A stretch of 64,000 nucleotides of DNA from Sideroxydans sp. (GCA_036171075.1 JAVHQJ010000235.1:7391-71390); one strand, 5' to 3'. Counted from the first letter of the stretch, positions 20,115 through 30,963 are shown. Made by a program: numbers and translations. Notes: generated by a model from the sequence alone, not told the origin.

Positions 20115-20842
20115 TTCCGCTGAAAATTGCGACCTACAACATTCACAAAGGCTTTTCGGCTTTTAATCGGCGTGTGGTGTTGCCTAGCGTGCGCGAGCAG
20201 TTGCGTGAGTTAGATGCGGACATTGTTTTTTTGCAAGAAGTGCAGGGCGAACATCAGCATCACGCGCAGCGCCACAGTACTTATCCGCAAGCTCCCCAAC
20301 ACGAATTTTTAGCCGATGAGACTTGGCAACATCATGCCTACGGCATGAATGCGCAGTATGCGGCAGGGCATCATGGCAACGCCATTTTGAGCCGCTTTCC
20401 CATTAGGTACGCACACAACAACGACGTATCCGCACATCGTTTTGAACAGCGCGGTTTGTTGCATTGTAAAATTGAATGGCGGGATGAATCGGTGCATTGC
20501 ATTTGTGTGCATTTGGGCTTGTTTGCTAACGGCCGGCGTGCGCAGATTGATGCCTTGATTGCGCTGGTTAAAGCGCAAGTACCGGCCAATGCCGCACTCA
20601 TTATTGCGGGAGATTTTAATGATTGGAACAATCGTTTAAGTCACAGCTTGCACGACTCGATTGGTATGCAGGACGTATTTCAGATGGTGAACGGTAAAGT
20701 GGCACGCAGTTTTCCAGCGGCATTTCCCTTGTTGAAATTAGATCGTATTTACATTCGTGGATTTTCGGCGACCTCGTGCGAAGTGCATGCGCGCCGTCAA
20801 TTGTCTGACCATGCCGCGCTGACGGTGCAGTTAACACGCTAA
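20111..20842 (+). CDS. Endonuclease/exonuclease/phosphatase family protein (YbhP-like)
   Basis: TYNIHKG, LQEV, GNAILSR, AGDFND, LDRIY, LSDH; upstream of clsB as in ybhP-ybhO. Confidence 0.9.
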   Translation: MIPLKIATYNIHKGFSAFNRRVVLPSVREQLRELDADIVFLQEVQGEHQHHAQRHSTYPQAPQHEFLADETWQHHAYGMNAQYAAGHHGNAILSRFPIRYAHNNDVSAHRFEQRGLLHCKIEWRDESVHCICVHLGLFANGRRAQIDALIALVKAQVPANAALIIAGDFNDWNNRLSHSLHDSIGMQDVFQMVNGKVARSFPAAFPLLKLDRIYIRGFSATSCEVHARRQLSDHAALTVQLTR

Positions 20843-22005
20843 TGTCGGCACACTCCTTTAAGTTAGGCAAGAACGAACTGCTGCTGCTACGCAATGGCAC
20901 GCGTTACTTTCCGCAACTGTGTGCCGACATCGACGCAGCGCAACACACTATTTATCTCGAAACGTATATTTTTGCCGCTGATGAAACGGGACGTTTAGTC
21001 GCGCAAGCTTTACAACGCGCCGCCTTGCGTCATGTTGCGGTGCATGTGTTGCTGGATGGATTTGGTTCGGCAGAGTTGCCAGAGAGTTGGCTCGATGGAT
21101 TGCGTGAGGCGGGCGTTGAGGTGCAGTGGTTTCGTCGCGAAACAGGATTCTTCAATTTAGGGCGTTCGCGTTTGCGTCGTTTGCATCGCAAGTTAGTCGT
21201 GATTGACGGTCAAATAGCTTTCATTGGAGGCATCAACATTCTCAATGACATTCCTGATGGTGAAGATTTCGATGCGCCGCGTTTAGATTTCGCCGTGAGA
21301 ATTGCAGGAACGATGGCACAGCAGATCGAAGTCGAGATGCGCCGCCTATGGACTACCGTGCAGTGGGCGACGCTGCGCAAACGGCTGCGTCACTTCAAGT
21401 CGGTATTGCAACCCTTGGGCGAGCACATAGCGCCTGCGGCAGTCGAACTGAAAGTGCGCGACAACGTGCGCCATCGCCACGACATTGAGCTCGCCTATTT
21501 GCAAGCTATCGCACATGCACAGCACGAAATTATTATTGCCAATGCCTATTTTTTGCCTGGGCGGGTATTACGCAAAGCACTGAATGCCGCCGTTAAACGT
21601 GGGGTGCGTGTAGTGCTGCTATTGCAAGGGCGTGTGGAATATCGCTTGCAACATTACGCTACGTTGGCGCTGTATGAGCGATTGCTGAATGTGGGTATCG
21701 AAATCTATGAATACCGTGACAGTTATCTGCATGCCAAAGTGGGGGTGATTGATGGGGAATGGGCGACGGTGGGTTCTTCCAATCTCGACCCCTTCAGCTT
21801 GTTGCTGGCGCGCGAAGCGAATCTGATGGTGCGGGATGCTGACTTCGCCCAGTCCTTACGAAGCAGTTTAATGCGCACCATAAAACTATCAGGCCGACGC
21901 GTAGAGCCGCGCCACTTACGCACGCTTTCTTTGTTGATAGCGCGCATGAGCTATGGCTTTATCCGACTGGTAGTGGGGTATCTCGGCTTATCTAAACGGC
22001 ACTAG
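20842..22005 (+). CDS. clsB: Cardiolipin synthase ClsB
   Basis: Two HKD motifs (HRKLVVID, HAKVGVID), ANAYFLPG, GSSNLDPFS; no N-terminal TM. Confidence 0.92.
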   Translation: MSAHSFKLGKNELLLLRNGTRYFPQLCADIDAAQHTIYLETYIFAADETGRLVAQALQRAALRHVAVHVLLDGFGSAELPESWLDGLREAGVEVQWFRRETGFFNLGRSRLRRLHRKLVVIDGQIAFIGGINILNDIPDGEDFDAPRLDFAVRIAGTMAQQIEVEMRRLWTTVQWATLRKRLRHFKSVLQPLGEHIAPAAVELKVRDNVRHRHDIELAYLQAIAHAQHEIIIANAYFLPGRVLRKALNAAVKRGVRVVLLLQGRVEYRLQHYATLALYERLLNVGIEIYEYRDSYLHAKVGVIDGEWATVGSSNLDPFSLLLAREANLMVRDADFAQSLRSSLMRTIKLSGRRVEPRHLRTLSLLIARMSYGFIRLVVGYLGLSKRH

Positions 22006-22054
22006 TTACGCTGGCGGCTATAATGCCGCCTCGTTTTATTCGCCCGACTTCATC

Positions 22055-23848
22055 ATGCGTTCGCACTCCTCTCATTCTTCCGCCACCACTACGCGCACCG
22101 ACTGGCGCGTTATCCGTAGCCTCGTTCCTTATTTGCTCGAATTCAAAACACGGGTGGCTATTGTCATTGTGCTGTTGGTGCTGGCCAAACTGGCCAACGT
22201 GGTGGTGCCGCTTGCGCTCAAAGAAATTGTCGATGCGGTGAGTCAGCCCAAGGCGATGTTGGTGCTGCCCGTGTTTTTGATTTTGGGCTACGGTTTGTTG
22301 CGTTTGTTCAGCACCTTGTTTGGCGAATTGCGCGATGCCTTGTTCGCCAAGGTGACGCAACGTGCAATTCGTCGCGTGGCGGCGCAGGTGTTTGAGCATT
22401 TGCATAGTTTGAGTTTGCGCTTTCATCTGGAGCGACAAACCGGCGGGGTGTCGCGCGACATCGAACGCGGCACACGCGGCATCAGTTTTTTGCTCACGTT
22501 CTTACTGTTCAACATCCTGCCCACCTTGCTGGAGATTGGCCTAGTCGCGGCGATTTTGTTTGTGAAGTACAACCCTTGGTTTGCCATCATCACCTTTGTC
22601 ACCTTGCTGCTTTATATTGGCTTTACGCTGTGGATTACCGAGTGGCGCATGGTGTTCCGGCGCAGCATGAACGACAAAGATTCCAAAGCCAATACGCGCG
22701 CTATTGATAGCCTGCTTAATTACGAAACGGTGAAGTATTTCGGCAACGAACGCTACGAAGTTGAGCGCTACGATGAGCAAATGAAAGACTGGGAAGTGTC
22801 GGCAGTGAAGAATCAAACTTCACTCGCGGCGCTCAACGCAGGGCAGAGCATCATCATCGCAGTGGGGGTGACTTTGCTCATGTTGCTGGCCGCCGATGAA
22901 GTGGTGAAAGGCACGATGACCATCGGCGATTTGGTGCTGGTGAACGTGTTCATGTTGCAGCTTTACATGCCGCTGCATTTCTTAGGATTCGTCTACCGCG
23001 AAATTAAAAATGCTCTGGCGGACATGGAAAAAATGTTCCGCTTGCTCGACGAAAATCGTGAAGTACAAGATGCGCCTGATGCGCCTGCGCTTAAATTAGC
23101 GCAAGCCGCGATTCGATTTGAGAATGTGAATTTTTCGTACGACCCCGCGCGCCAAATTTTGCATGACGTGAGCTTTGACGTGCCGAGCGGACATACCGTG
23201 GCCGTGGTGGGCGCGAGTGGGGCAGGCAAATCCACCTTGTCGCGTTTGATGTTCCGTTTTTACGATGTGGATTCGGGGGGCGTGTCGATTGATGGCCAGG
23301 ATATTCGCGCTGTCACGCAAACCAGTTTGCGCGCCGCCATTGGCATCGTGCCGCAAGATACCGTGTTGTTCAACGACAGCATCTATTACAACATCGCTTA
23401 CGGTCGCCCTACGGCCATGCGCGAAGAGATATTGAGCGCTGCACAATCCGCGCACATCCATCACTTTATCGAATCGTTGCCGCAAGGCTACGACACCGTC
23501 GTGGGCGAGCGCGGACTCAAATTATCGGGTGGTGAAAAACAACGTGTTGCCATCGCGCGTGCGATTTTGAAAAATCCCGCTATCTTAATTTTTGATGAGG
23601 CCACCTCGGCGCTCGATTCCAAATCCGAGAAGGCCATTCAAGATGAATTGCGCAGCATCGCGCGCAATCGCACCACCCTCGTCATCGCACACCGACTCTC
23701 TACCGTGGTGGATGCGCACCAAATTTTAGTGATGGACAAAGGCCGCATCATCGAACGTGGCACGCATCGTGAGTTGTTATCGCAACAAGGCGTGTACTCG
23801 CAGATGTGGGCGTTGCAACAACAGGAAGAACATAGCAGCACGCGCTAG
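22055..23848 (+). CDS. Atm1/ABCB7-like ABC exporter (fused permease-ATPase)
   Basis: FHLERQTGG, DSLLNYETVKYF, Walker A GASGAGKS, LSGGEKQR, DEATSALD. Confidence 0.93.
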   Translation: MRSHSSHSSATTTRTDWRVIRSLVPYLLEFKTRVAIVIVLLVLAKLANVVVPLALKEIVDAVSQPKAMLVLPVFLILGYGLLRLFSTLFGELRDALFAKVTQRAIRRVAAQVFEHLHSLSLRFHLERQTGGVSRDIERGTRGISFLLTFLLFNILPTLLEIGLVAAILFVKYNPWFAIITFVTLLLYIGFTLWITEWRMVFRRSMNDKDSKANTRAIDSLLNYETVKYFGNERYEVERYDEQMKDWEVSAVKNQTSLAALNAGQSIIIAVGVTLLMLLAADEVVKGTMTIGDLVLVNVFMLQLYMPLHFLGFVYREIKNALADMEKMFRLLDENREVQDAPDAPALKLAQAAIRFENVNFSYDPARQILHDVSFDVPSGHTVAVVGASGAGKSTLSRLMFRFYDVDSGGVSIDGQDIRAVTQTSLRAAIGIVPQDTVLFNDSIYYNIAYGRPTAMREEILSAAQSAHIHHFIESLPQGYDTVVGERGLKLSGGEKQRVAIARAILKNPAILIFDEATSALDSKSEKAIQDELRSIARNRTTLVIAHRLSTVVDAHQILVMDKGRIIERGTHRELLSQQGVYSQMWALQQQEEHSSTR

Positions 23849-23962
23849 AAGTTCAGCCGTGCACCTTGAAAAATTCACCATCATTTTTTCAATCGAAGTA
23901 GGCTAAAAATCCGTGAATAAACTTTGGTGTGGTGAGGCGCTTTAAGAAATTCGCCTCACTCA

Positions 23963-23991
23963 TTGATTTTTATATGTTTTTTGGTTATCCT
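23963..23991 (+). promoter_or_regulatory. Putative sigma70 promoter of pbpG
   Basis: TTGATT-N17-TATCCT about 35 nt upstream of the ATG; preceded by hairpin GTGAGGCG...CGCCTCAC. Confidence 0.45.
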
Positions 23992-24026
23992 GCGAGCCGT
24001 CTCGTTGCAAACTCGGTGTTCACTCT

Positions 24027-24917
24027 ATGCGTACTCTTTTTTCTGTGTTGTTGCTGTGTGTGGCTTATGCAAGCCAAGCGCAAGATTTACGCCTTGATTC
24101 CAATCTGCAATCGGGTGCGAATTTATTCCCCATCAATCAAGCAGGTTCGCCTCGTTTGTCTTCGGCGATTGCGCTTATTTATGATGAGCAGTCGCAGCGC
24201 CCCATTTATTCAAAAAATTCACATGATGTGGTGCCGATTGCCTCGATTACCAAGCTGATGACGGCGATGATCATTTTGGATGCGCATTTGCCTTTGGATG
24301 AACTCATCACCATTACCGCGCAAGACCGTGACCGTTATAAAAACACCCGTTCGCGTATGCATGCGGGCATGACGTTGAAACGTGGCGACATGATGAAGTT
24401 GGCGTTGATGGCTTCTGAAAATACCGCAGCGGCGGCATTGGCGCGCACCTATCCAGGGGGCACACAGGTGATGCTGGCGATGATGAATGCCAAGGCACAA
24501 GCATTGGGCATGGAGTCCACCCGTTTTGATGACCCGACAGGGTTGCACAGTAGCAATGTGTCGACCGCGCAAGATTTGGTGAAGATGGTGATGGCGGCGC
24601 AGGATTATTCAGCTATTCAGCGTTACACCACGTCTACTTCGCATACTGTGCAAGTGTCAGAGCGCCGTTCTTTGAAATTTAATAACACCAACCCCTTGGT
24701 TAAAAATGCCGCTTGGGATATTGGATTAAGCAAAACGGGATACATCAGTGAAGCGGGGCGTTGCTTGGTGATGCAGGCTAAAATTTCTAATCGCCCGGTG
24801 GTGATTGTGTTGTTGGATTCGTGGGGCAAGCATACGCGCGTGGGCGATGCGAATCGCATTAAGCGTTGGATGGAAGGTTCAAACACGCATGTGTTGCGGC
24901 ATACGCGACGTGGATAA
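24027..24917 (+). CDS. pbpG: D-alanyl-D-alanine endopeptidase (PBP7, peptidase S11)
   Basis: Signal peptide; SxxK (ASITK), SxN (SEN), KTG; GRCLVMQ...GDANRI. Confidence 0.9.
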   Translation: MRTLFSVLLLCVAYASQAQDLRLDSNLQSGANLFPINQAGSPRLSSAIALIYDEQSQRPIYSKNSHDVVPIASITKLMTAMIILDAHLPLDELITITAQDRDRYKNTRSRMHAGMTLKRGDMMKLALMASENTAAAALARTYPGGTQVMLAMMNAKAQALGMESTRFDDPTGLHSSNVSTAQDLVKMVMAAQDYSAIQRYTTSTSHTVQVSERRSLKFNNTNPLVKNAAWDIGLSKTGYISEAGRCLVMQAKISNRPVVIVLLDSWGKHTRVGDANRIKRWMEGSNTHVLRHTRRG

Positions 24918-24937
24918 GCGAAAGTTTTGTGTACCCC

Positions 24938-24966
24938 AAAAAAAGAGGCGATTCGCCTCTTTTTTT
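24938..24966. terminator. Bidirectional intrinsic terminator
   Basis: AAAAAAAGAGGCG-ATT-CGCCTCTTTTTTT perfect hairpin with A and T tails, between convergent ORFs. Confidence 0.88.
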
Positions 24967-25039
24967 ATGGGCGTGGTGGACGCAGCGCGATGACGACGAT
25001 GGCAACAATCACGACCAGAATGATTAACTCGATGAACAT
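24965..25039 (-). CDS. Putative 24-aa single-TM small protein MFIELIILVVIVAIVVIALRPPRP
   Basis: ATG preceded by GAAAGAGA; TACAAT -10 upstream (25066-25071, - strand); stop runs directly into the terminator. Confidence 0.6.
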   Translation of the reverse strand: MFIELIILVVIVAIVVIALRPPRP

Positions 25040-25146
25040 AATTCTCTTTCAATGTTAGGCGGCGCATTGTAATGGTCGCAAGGGTTGTATGGGGCGGCTG
25101 GGGTACAATCGCCGCGCCTAAATTGTTTTACCTAATAACCCTGCGC

Positions 25147-26934
25147 ATGCCCTCACTTGTTTATTCCTTGCTGATTTTTTTCTTGCGTCGCGCGCAATGG
25201 ATGCCATTGCTTGCTTGCTCCGCCCTTTTTCTTCCCACTGCTGTGCAAGCCAAAGGCAGCAGCATTCCCACGGTCATGTTGATTGCACCTGAAGAGGTGC
25301 GCGCTTTGCTGAAGGAGCATTTTGCATTGCCTGAAAAATTATTGAAGGGTGAAAGTGAGCGTGCGCAATTTATGCGACGCGCGCAGCGTGAAATTCCTGA
25401 ACTGTTAGTGACCGAGGGGTACTTTTCGAGTCGGGTAGTTTTGCGTGCGGTGCAACATTCGGGCACGTTAGAGGTAAAGGTTGAGCTGGGCGTGCGTGCG
25501 CGGGTCAATCAGGTCAATATCGAATTTCGGGGTGACATTGTAGGGGGCGCGGGAGATAGGGCTTTGCGCATGCAGCAATTGCGTGAGGATTGGAAGTTCC
25601 AAGCGGATGCTTTCTTTACGGCGGCGGCGTGGGATGAAGCCAAGCAAGAATTGCTAGCGCGTTTGAATGCGCGAGATTATGCGGCGGCGCAGCTTGTCGA
25701 AAGTGTCGCGCAAGTGGATGTTGCAAAGGCCAGCGTTGCTTTGCATGTGGTGGTGGATTCGGGCGCACGGTATCAATTTGGTGAAGTACGTTTGGGTGGA
25801 TTGGTGCGTTATCCAGAAACGATGCTGACGCGCTTTGCGGATTTTGAAATAGGCCAGCCTTACGCACGTCAATCTTTGCTCAATACGCAAACGCGTTTGC
25901 AAAATTTGGCGCAATTTAATTCAGTCATCGTGAGTTTGGATAAAGAAAATGCACTGACGGGGGCGGACGGGGTGCGTATCGCACCAGTGAATGTGCAGGT
26001 CGTTGAGGCACAGTCGCGCAAAGTGGCGGTGGGCTTGGGCTACAGCACCAACAATGGAGTGCGCAGTGAGTTGAATTATCTCGACCTCAATTTGGCCGAG
26101 CGCGCGTGGACTTTGAATGGCGCGCTAGTGCTTGAAAATAATCGGCAGCAAATCAATGTGGGGATAGACACCTTGCCCAATCCGCGAGGACTGCGCGTGC
26201 AGTGGAATGCGGGAACAGAACGCACTTACATTCAAGGCTTGGAAACGTGGCGCGATAAATTGGGGGTAACACGTAGCCAACGTGTGTTTGGTGTGGATAA
26301 CAGCTTAGGTCTCAGTTGGCAACAAGAGCGGCGTTTTCCGAATGGCGGCATTCGTGAAAACAACCAAGCGTTGGTGCTGGATTGGCGAGTGCAACGGCGC
26401 ACGGTGGACAATCCGCTGTTCCCCACTTGGGGGTCGTTGTCCGAATTGCGCGTGGGTGGAACAGGCAAGCTATTTTTGTCCGATCAAGATTTTGTGCGTA
26501 GCTATTTACGTCATCAGCTGTGGACACCGCTGACTGAAAACGATGTGATTTCAACACGCGGGGAAGTGGGCTACACCGCCACTCCTTCGCGCTTGGGCGT
26601 TCCGCAAGAGTATTTATTTCGGGTGGGCGGCACGCAGACAGTGCGTGGCTTCGCTTATCAAAGTTTGGGCATGCATGAAGGTGATGCGGTGGTGGGTGGG
26701 CGCGTCATGGCGACGGCGAGTGTTGAGTACACGCACTGGTTTAACAACTGGGGGCTAGCGGTGTTTTCGGATGCGGGAGATGCGGCGGATACCGTTGAAG
26801 CCTTTCGCGCACGTGTAGGTTGGGGGGGCGGGCTACGTTGGCGCAGTCCCGTGGGGCCGTTGGCGTTGGATTTTGCACGAGGACGTTCACAACTCGACAC
26901 GCTGATTCATTTTTCCATCGCGGTGGCATTTTGA
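25147..26934 (+). CDS. tamA: TamA (Omp85-family translocation and assembly module)
   Basis: POTRA-like region, FRVGGTQTVRGFAY, GLRWRSPVGPLALD, terminal Phe; exact start uncertain. Confidence 0.9.
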   Translation: MPSLVYSLLIFFLRRAQWMPLLACSALFLPTAVQAKGSSIPTVMLIAPEEVRALLKEHFALPEKLLKGESERAQFMRRAQREIPELLVTEGYFSSRVVLRAVQHSGTLEVKVELGVRARVNQVNIEFRGDIVGGAGDRALRMQQLREDWKFQADAFFTAAAWDEAKQELLARLNARDYAAAQLVESVAQVDVAKASVALHVVVDSGARYQFGEVRLGGLVRYPETMLTRFADFEIGQPYARQSLLNTQTRLQNLAQFNSVIVSLDKENALTGADGVRIAPVNVQVVEAQSRKVAVGLGYSTNNGVRSELNYLDLNLAERAWTLNGALVLENNRQQINVGIDTLPNPRGLRVQWNAGTERTYIQGLETWRDKLGVTRSQRVFGVDNSLGLSWQQERRFPNGGIRENNQALVLDWRVQRRTVDNPLFPTWGSLSELRVGGTGKLFLSDQDFVRSYLRHQLWTPLTENDVISTRGEVGYTATPSRLGVPQEYLFRVGGTQTVRGFAYQSLGMHEGDAVVGGRVMATASVEYTHWFNNWGLAVFSDAGDAADTVEAFRARVGWGGGLRWRSPVGPLALDFARGRSQLDTLIHFSIAVAF

Positions 26935-29900
26935 GCGCGCCAAAAAAATTCCGTTTGTCGCGCGGGCAACGTTGGTTGCTGCTGGCACTTACACCGGTGA
27001 TGCTGGTGGTGGGCGGCTCTGCCTATGTGGTGACCTCGAATGCGGGCCTGGTTTGGTTGTCTGAAGTGATTGAGCGGCACACACGGGGCGCTGTGCATTT
27101 CGAAGGAGTGAGTGGGGCGTTGCTGGCCGCGCAACATTACGAGCGCATTGTCGTGCGCCTAGATGGGCAGTTAATCGAATTGTGTGATACGCAAATTGAG
27201 TGGCAGCCGAGTGCCTTGTTGCAGGGTGAGCTGCTCTTGCTGAAGGTGAATGTGCGCCAGTTAGATATGACACACGTGGCATCGACGACACCGAGTGCCG
27301 CGCCTACTTTACCCGCCTCGTTGCAACTCCCGCTGCAAGTGAATGCGCTGCAAGTGGAAGTGGAATCGCTGCGTTCATTGAGTCGCGTGGGGGCTGCGCC
27401 CGATTGGGTGGTCACGCAGATTGCTTTAAGTTTGCACAGCCATACAGCGCAACATCAGTTGCAATTGCAAAGTGCGCAATTACCGATGGGTAAATTGCAA
27501 GGCTCGCTACAACTGGCGACGCAGTCTCCTTTCGCGTTGACTGCGCAGGCAGGATTAACCGCCGCACTCAAGACGCCCAAACAAGTTGAACGTGTGCAAC
27601 TTGCCGCTAATTTGGTGGGTGATTTGCAGCACATGGTGCTGACCTTGGATGCGCAAGGCGCAGGCGTAGCGGCCAATGGCGCGGCACATATTTCGCCCTT
27701 TGACGCAGTGCCATTGCAGCGCGTGCAACTAAATTTCAATGGATTAAATGCAGCGCGTTGGCTGCCCGATGCGCCCTTGATGCAACTTGCCGGCAAGGCC
27801 GATTTGCGTGCTGACAAGCGCGGGCAACTGGTGGGCGGCGTGCATCTCGTGAATGCGCAAGCCGCTTCGTTGGATGCGCACGGTATTCCCGTGCTGCGGT
27901 TAGATGCGCAGGTGAAGGCTACCCCGCAATTGATTCAGCTGCATCAGCTTAATGTTGCGTTATTGCAGGAGGGGCGCATTCAAGGCACGTTTGATTGGAA
28001 TGTGTCTAGCGCGCTGGGCAATGCGCAATTGGGGTTACAGGGCGTGGATGTGCAGCTGTTTGACCACACCCTTGGCAGTCGTCAATTTGCGGGTGAGGTG
28101 GCACTGCAAGGGGCGGGTCATTCACAGCATGTGGCGTTGTCGGTGTCGGATGGCATGCTCGCGGTGAAGGCGGATGCGACACACGATAGCCAGAAAATTA
28201 CACTCCATAGCGTGCGTTTTACTCAAGGTGATGCGGCACTGGAAGGTCACGGTTATTTGATGCTGGATCGGCAGCGCAGTTTTCGTCTAACGAGTGAGTT
28301 GCGCAAACTCAATTTGGCTGAATTTAGCAATGCGCCGATAACGAATTTGAATGCGGCGATGGATGTGTTCGGTATGTTGCAGCCGCAAGCGCAAGGCGCA
28401 CTCACCTTTAATTTACATGACAGTGTGTTTGCGCAACACGACATTGGCGGCAAAGGCCGTGTGGTGTGGGCGGGCGGGCAACGGGGTGAAGGCGAAGTGC
28501 TGTTGCACTTGGGTAGCAATCAACTTAACGCCGCTGGCAGCTATGGCATTGGGCATGATTTTGTGCGGATGGATGTTGCAGCTGAAAACTTGTCGCAAAT
28601 AGACGCCGCGTTGGGCGGCAAAATGAACGTGCACGCCGAACTCACAGGTAGCGTGGGTGAACCCAAGCTGGATTTCGTATTGCGTGGCAGAGACCTCGTG
28701 TTGCCCGCCGCGCAACGCATTGCAACGCTGGATGCCGAGGGTGAAGTTTCCGCACAGGAAATCGCGGTGAACGTCGCACTCAAAGATTTTGTGCAAGCCG
28801 CTTTACATCTACCCGCAGCGAATCTTTCGATGACGGGCACACCACAACACAATCTTATTCAAGCGCGTGCGCAAGTAGAACAAGGCCGCGAGTTGCAAGA
28901 AGAGATGCAGTTGCAAGCCAGCGGGGCATGGTTAGAAGCGGAACAAGGTTGGCGTGCGCTGCGTTGGCAAGGCGCGCTGGATAAGCTTACGGGGAATGGC
29001 ACGTTGCCGTTGCGCTTGCTGGCAAGTGCGCCGCTAGAGATGTCTGCCAATCAGGTGTCGATTGGCGCGGCCGATTTGGCGTTGGGGCGCGGTCAGGTGC
29101 ATCTGGCGACGACGCGTTGGTCGCCTACGCAATGGGAAAGCGAGGGTAGCTTCACGGGCTTGGGGGTGCGCACTGTGAATATCAACAGCGATGCGCTTGC
29201 ATTGGCTAACGCGGAGAACTTGCGTTTTGGCGGCAACTGGCAGGTCAAAATGGATAGCCATTGGGATGCATTATTGCAAGTGCAACGTGAGAGCGGAGAT
29301 TGGGTGTTGGATAGTGCAACGGGTGAGCAACTTGGATTAACTGATTTGCGCATGACAGCACGCGTCGCGCAGGACAATTTGCAAACACAATGGTTAGCCA
29401 GCGGGCGCAGTGTGGGCGAGTTGAAATTAGAGGCGAATGCGCCGCTCACCCTGCATGAAGGTGCATGGTCTTTGCAGACAGATGCGCCCGTCACGGGGCA
29501 TCTCAAATTGGATTCGCCCGAGCTGTCGTGGTTGGGGGCGGTGTTGGATGGCAACTTGCAAACGGGCGGCAAGTTGAGTGTGGATGCGGATGTGTTGGGC
29601 ACTTTGTACACCCCGCGTTTACGCGGAACGCTGCACGCTGAAGCGTTGCAATTTTCCATGCTGGAGCAAGGGGTGAGATTGGAGCAAGGGCAAGTCAACA
29701 TGCGTTTCGAGCCAAACTGGATTCATCTTGATCAGTTTGAATTTAACGCCCCCTATTTGCCCGCGCCCAAAGATAAATTGCTCGGCAATTTTAAGTTGAG
29801 TGGCGATGCCGGCACGTTGAGTGCGAGCGGCTCACTCGATTTGAATGGCGACGCAGGTGGAATAAAAATTAGCGTGCAGCGCTTTCCGTTATTGCAGCGC

Positions 29901-30782
29901 GCGGATCGTTGGATGATTGCTTCGGGAACGGGCAATGCCCGCTTCGCTAAAAACACCCTCGCTTTGGATGCACAATTACGTGCGGATGCAGGCTTGATTG
30001 ATCAGCCAGTGAGCAACCGTCCGCAACTGGCAGAAGATGTGCAGATTCTAGGTTCGGAAGTGAAAGAGCAGCCGCTACAGCGCAACCATGTGCGCGCCAC
30101 GCTTGATTTGGGCGAGCATTTTTATATTCGTGCGGCAGGGCTGGAAGCGCGCTTGGAAGGCAAGCTGGATGTGCGCGGAGAACCTAATCAACCCTTAAGC
30201 GTGACGGGCGTCATCAATGCACAAGACGCACTGTTTGATGCGTATGGGCAGCGTTTGCAAGTAGAGCGTGGCATGGTGAACTTTCAAGGGCAGATTGATG
30301 ATCCTGGCCTAAACATTTTGGCCTATCGCAAGGGTTTAAGTGTGGAGGCAGGTGTCGAAGTAACGGGTACGGCGCGCCATCCGGTGATTCAGCTTGTCTC
30401 TACGCCTAATGTGCCGGATGCGGAAAAGCTATCGTGGATGGTGTTGGGGCGCGTGCCAGACAGTAGTGGGATTGATTCTTCTCTGCTGTTGTCGGCGGCC
30501 AGCAACATTTTGGGCGGCGGGTCGGCTAGCAAAATTGGTCGAGCGGTGGGCGTGGATGAGCTTTCATTGCAACAAAAAGCAGGCGGGGATCCTTTGATGG
30601 GGCAGGTGGTGACGGTGGGGAAGCGGCTCAATCAACGCGCCTATTTGAGCTATGAGCAAGGCTTGGCGGCCACCGCAGGCATTACTAAATTTACCTATAC
30701 TCTTAATTCTCGCGTCACCATTGTTACGCGCACGGGCGTGGAGGACGCGCTGGATTTGTTTTACTCCTTCCGTTTTCGATAA
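26931..30782 (+). CDS. tamB: TamB (DUF490) translocation and assembly module protein
   Basis: N-terminal TM, long beta-rich body, AYGQRL...DPGLNI...LSWMVLGR; follows tamA; TTG start at 26931 assumed. Confidence 0.9.
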   Translation: MSAPKKFRLSRGQRWLLLALTPVMLVVGGSAYVVTSNAGLVWLSEVIERHTRGAVHFEGVSGALLAAQHYERIVVRLDGQLIELCDTQIEWQPSALLQGELLLLKVNVRQLDMTHVASTTPSAAPTLPASLQLPLQVNALQVEVESLRSLSRVGAAPDWVVTQIALSLHSHTAQHQLQLQSAQLPMGKLQGSLQLATQSPFALTAQAGLTAALKTPKQVERVQLAANLVGDLQHMVLTLDAQGAGVAANGAAHISPFDAVPLQRVQLNFNGLNAARWLPDAPLMQLAGKADLRADKRGQLVGGVHLVNAQAASLDAHGIPVLRLDAQVKATPQLIQLHQLNVALLQEGRIQGTFDWNVSSALGNAQLGLQGVDVQLFDHTLGSRQFAGEVALQGAGHSQHVALSVSDGMLAVKADATHDSQKITLHSVRFTQGDAALEGHGYLMLDRQRSFRLTSELRKLNLAEFSNAPITNLNAAMDVFGMLQPQAQGALTFNLHDSVFAQHDIGGKGRVVWAGGQRGEGEVLLHLGSNQLNAAGSYGIGHDFVRMDVAAENLSQIDAALGGKMNVHAELTGSVGEPKLDFVLRGRDLVLPAAQRIATLDAEGEVSAQEIAVNVALKDFVQAALHLPAANLSMTGTPQHNLIQARAQVEQGRELQEEMQLQASGAWLEAEQGWRALRWQGALDKLTGNGTLPLRLLASAPLEMSANQVSIGAADLALGRGQVHLATTRWSPTQWESEGSFTGLGVRTVNINSDALALANAENLRFGGNWQVKMDSHWDALLQVQRESGDWVLDSATGEQLGLTDLRMTARVAQDNLQTQWLASGRSVGELKLEANAPLTLHEGAWSLQTDAPVTGHLKLDSPELSWLGAVLDGNLQTGGKLSVDADVLGTLYTPRLRGTLHAEALQFSMLEQGVRLEQGQVNMRFEPNWIHLDQFEFNAPYLPAPKDKLLGNFKLSGDAGTLSASGSLDLNGDAGGIKISVQRFPLLQRADRWMIASGTGNARFAKNTLALDAQLRADAGLIDQPVSNRPQLAEDVQILGSEVKEQPLQRNHVRATLDLGEHFYIRAAGLEARLEGKLDVRGEPNQPLSVTGVINAQDALFDAYGQRLQVERGMVNFQGQIDDPGLNILAYRKGLSVEAGVEVTGTARHPVIQLVSTPNVPDAEKLSWMVLGRVPDSSGIDSSLLLSAASNILGGGSASKIGRAVGVDELSLQQKAGGDPLMGQVVTVGKRLNQRAYLSYEQGLAATAGITKFTYTLNSRVTIVTRTGVEDALDLFYSFRFR

Positions 30783-30963
30783 GTTGGCTTGCCTTTAGCG
30801 TGGGAGATAATTCTTCCACGAAACACATATCGAAGAAGCGCTTCGGCCCTTGGGAGTGATGACTTAAGCAGACCTTCCGTAAGTTGTTGTTTGTATTTTT
30901 TTGCTTTTCGTGAACAAGCGATTTTTCTAGGATAATCCCCCCACCATTTTTGGAGACTGCGCC

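Noticed and set aside
24879-25067. 62-aa minus-strand ORF from the track
   Set aside because: It reads through the terminator and overlaps pbpG; the 24-aa ORF in another frame fits the RBS and terminator much better.
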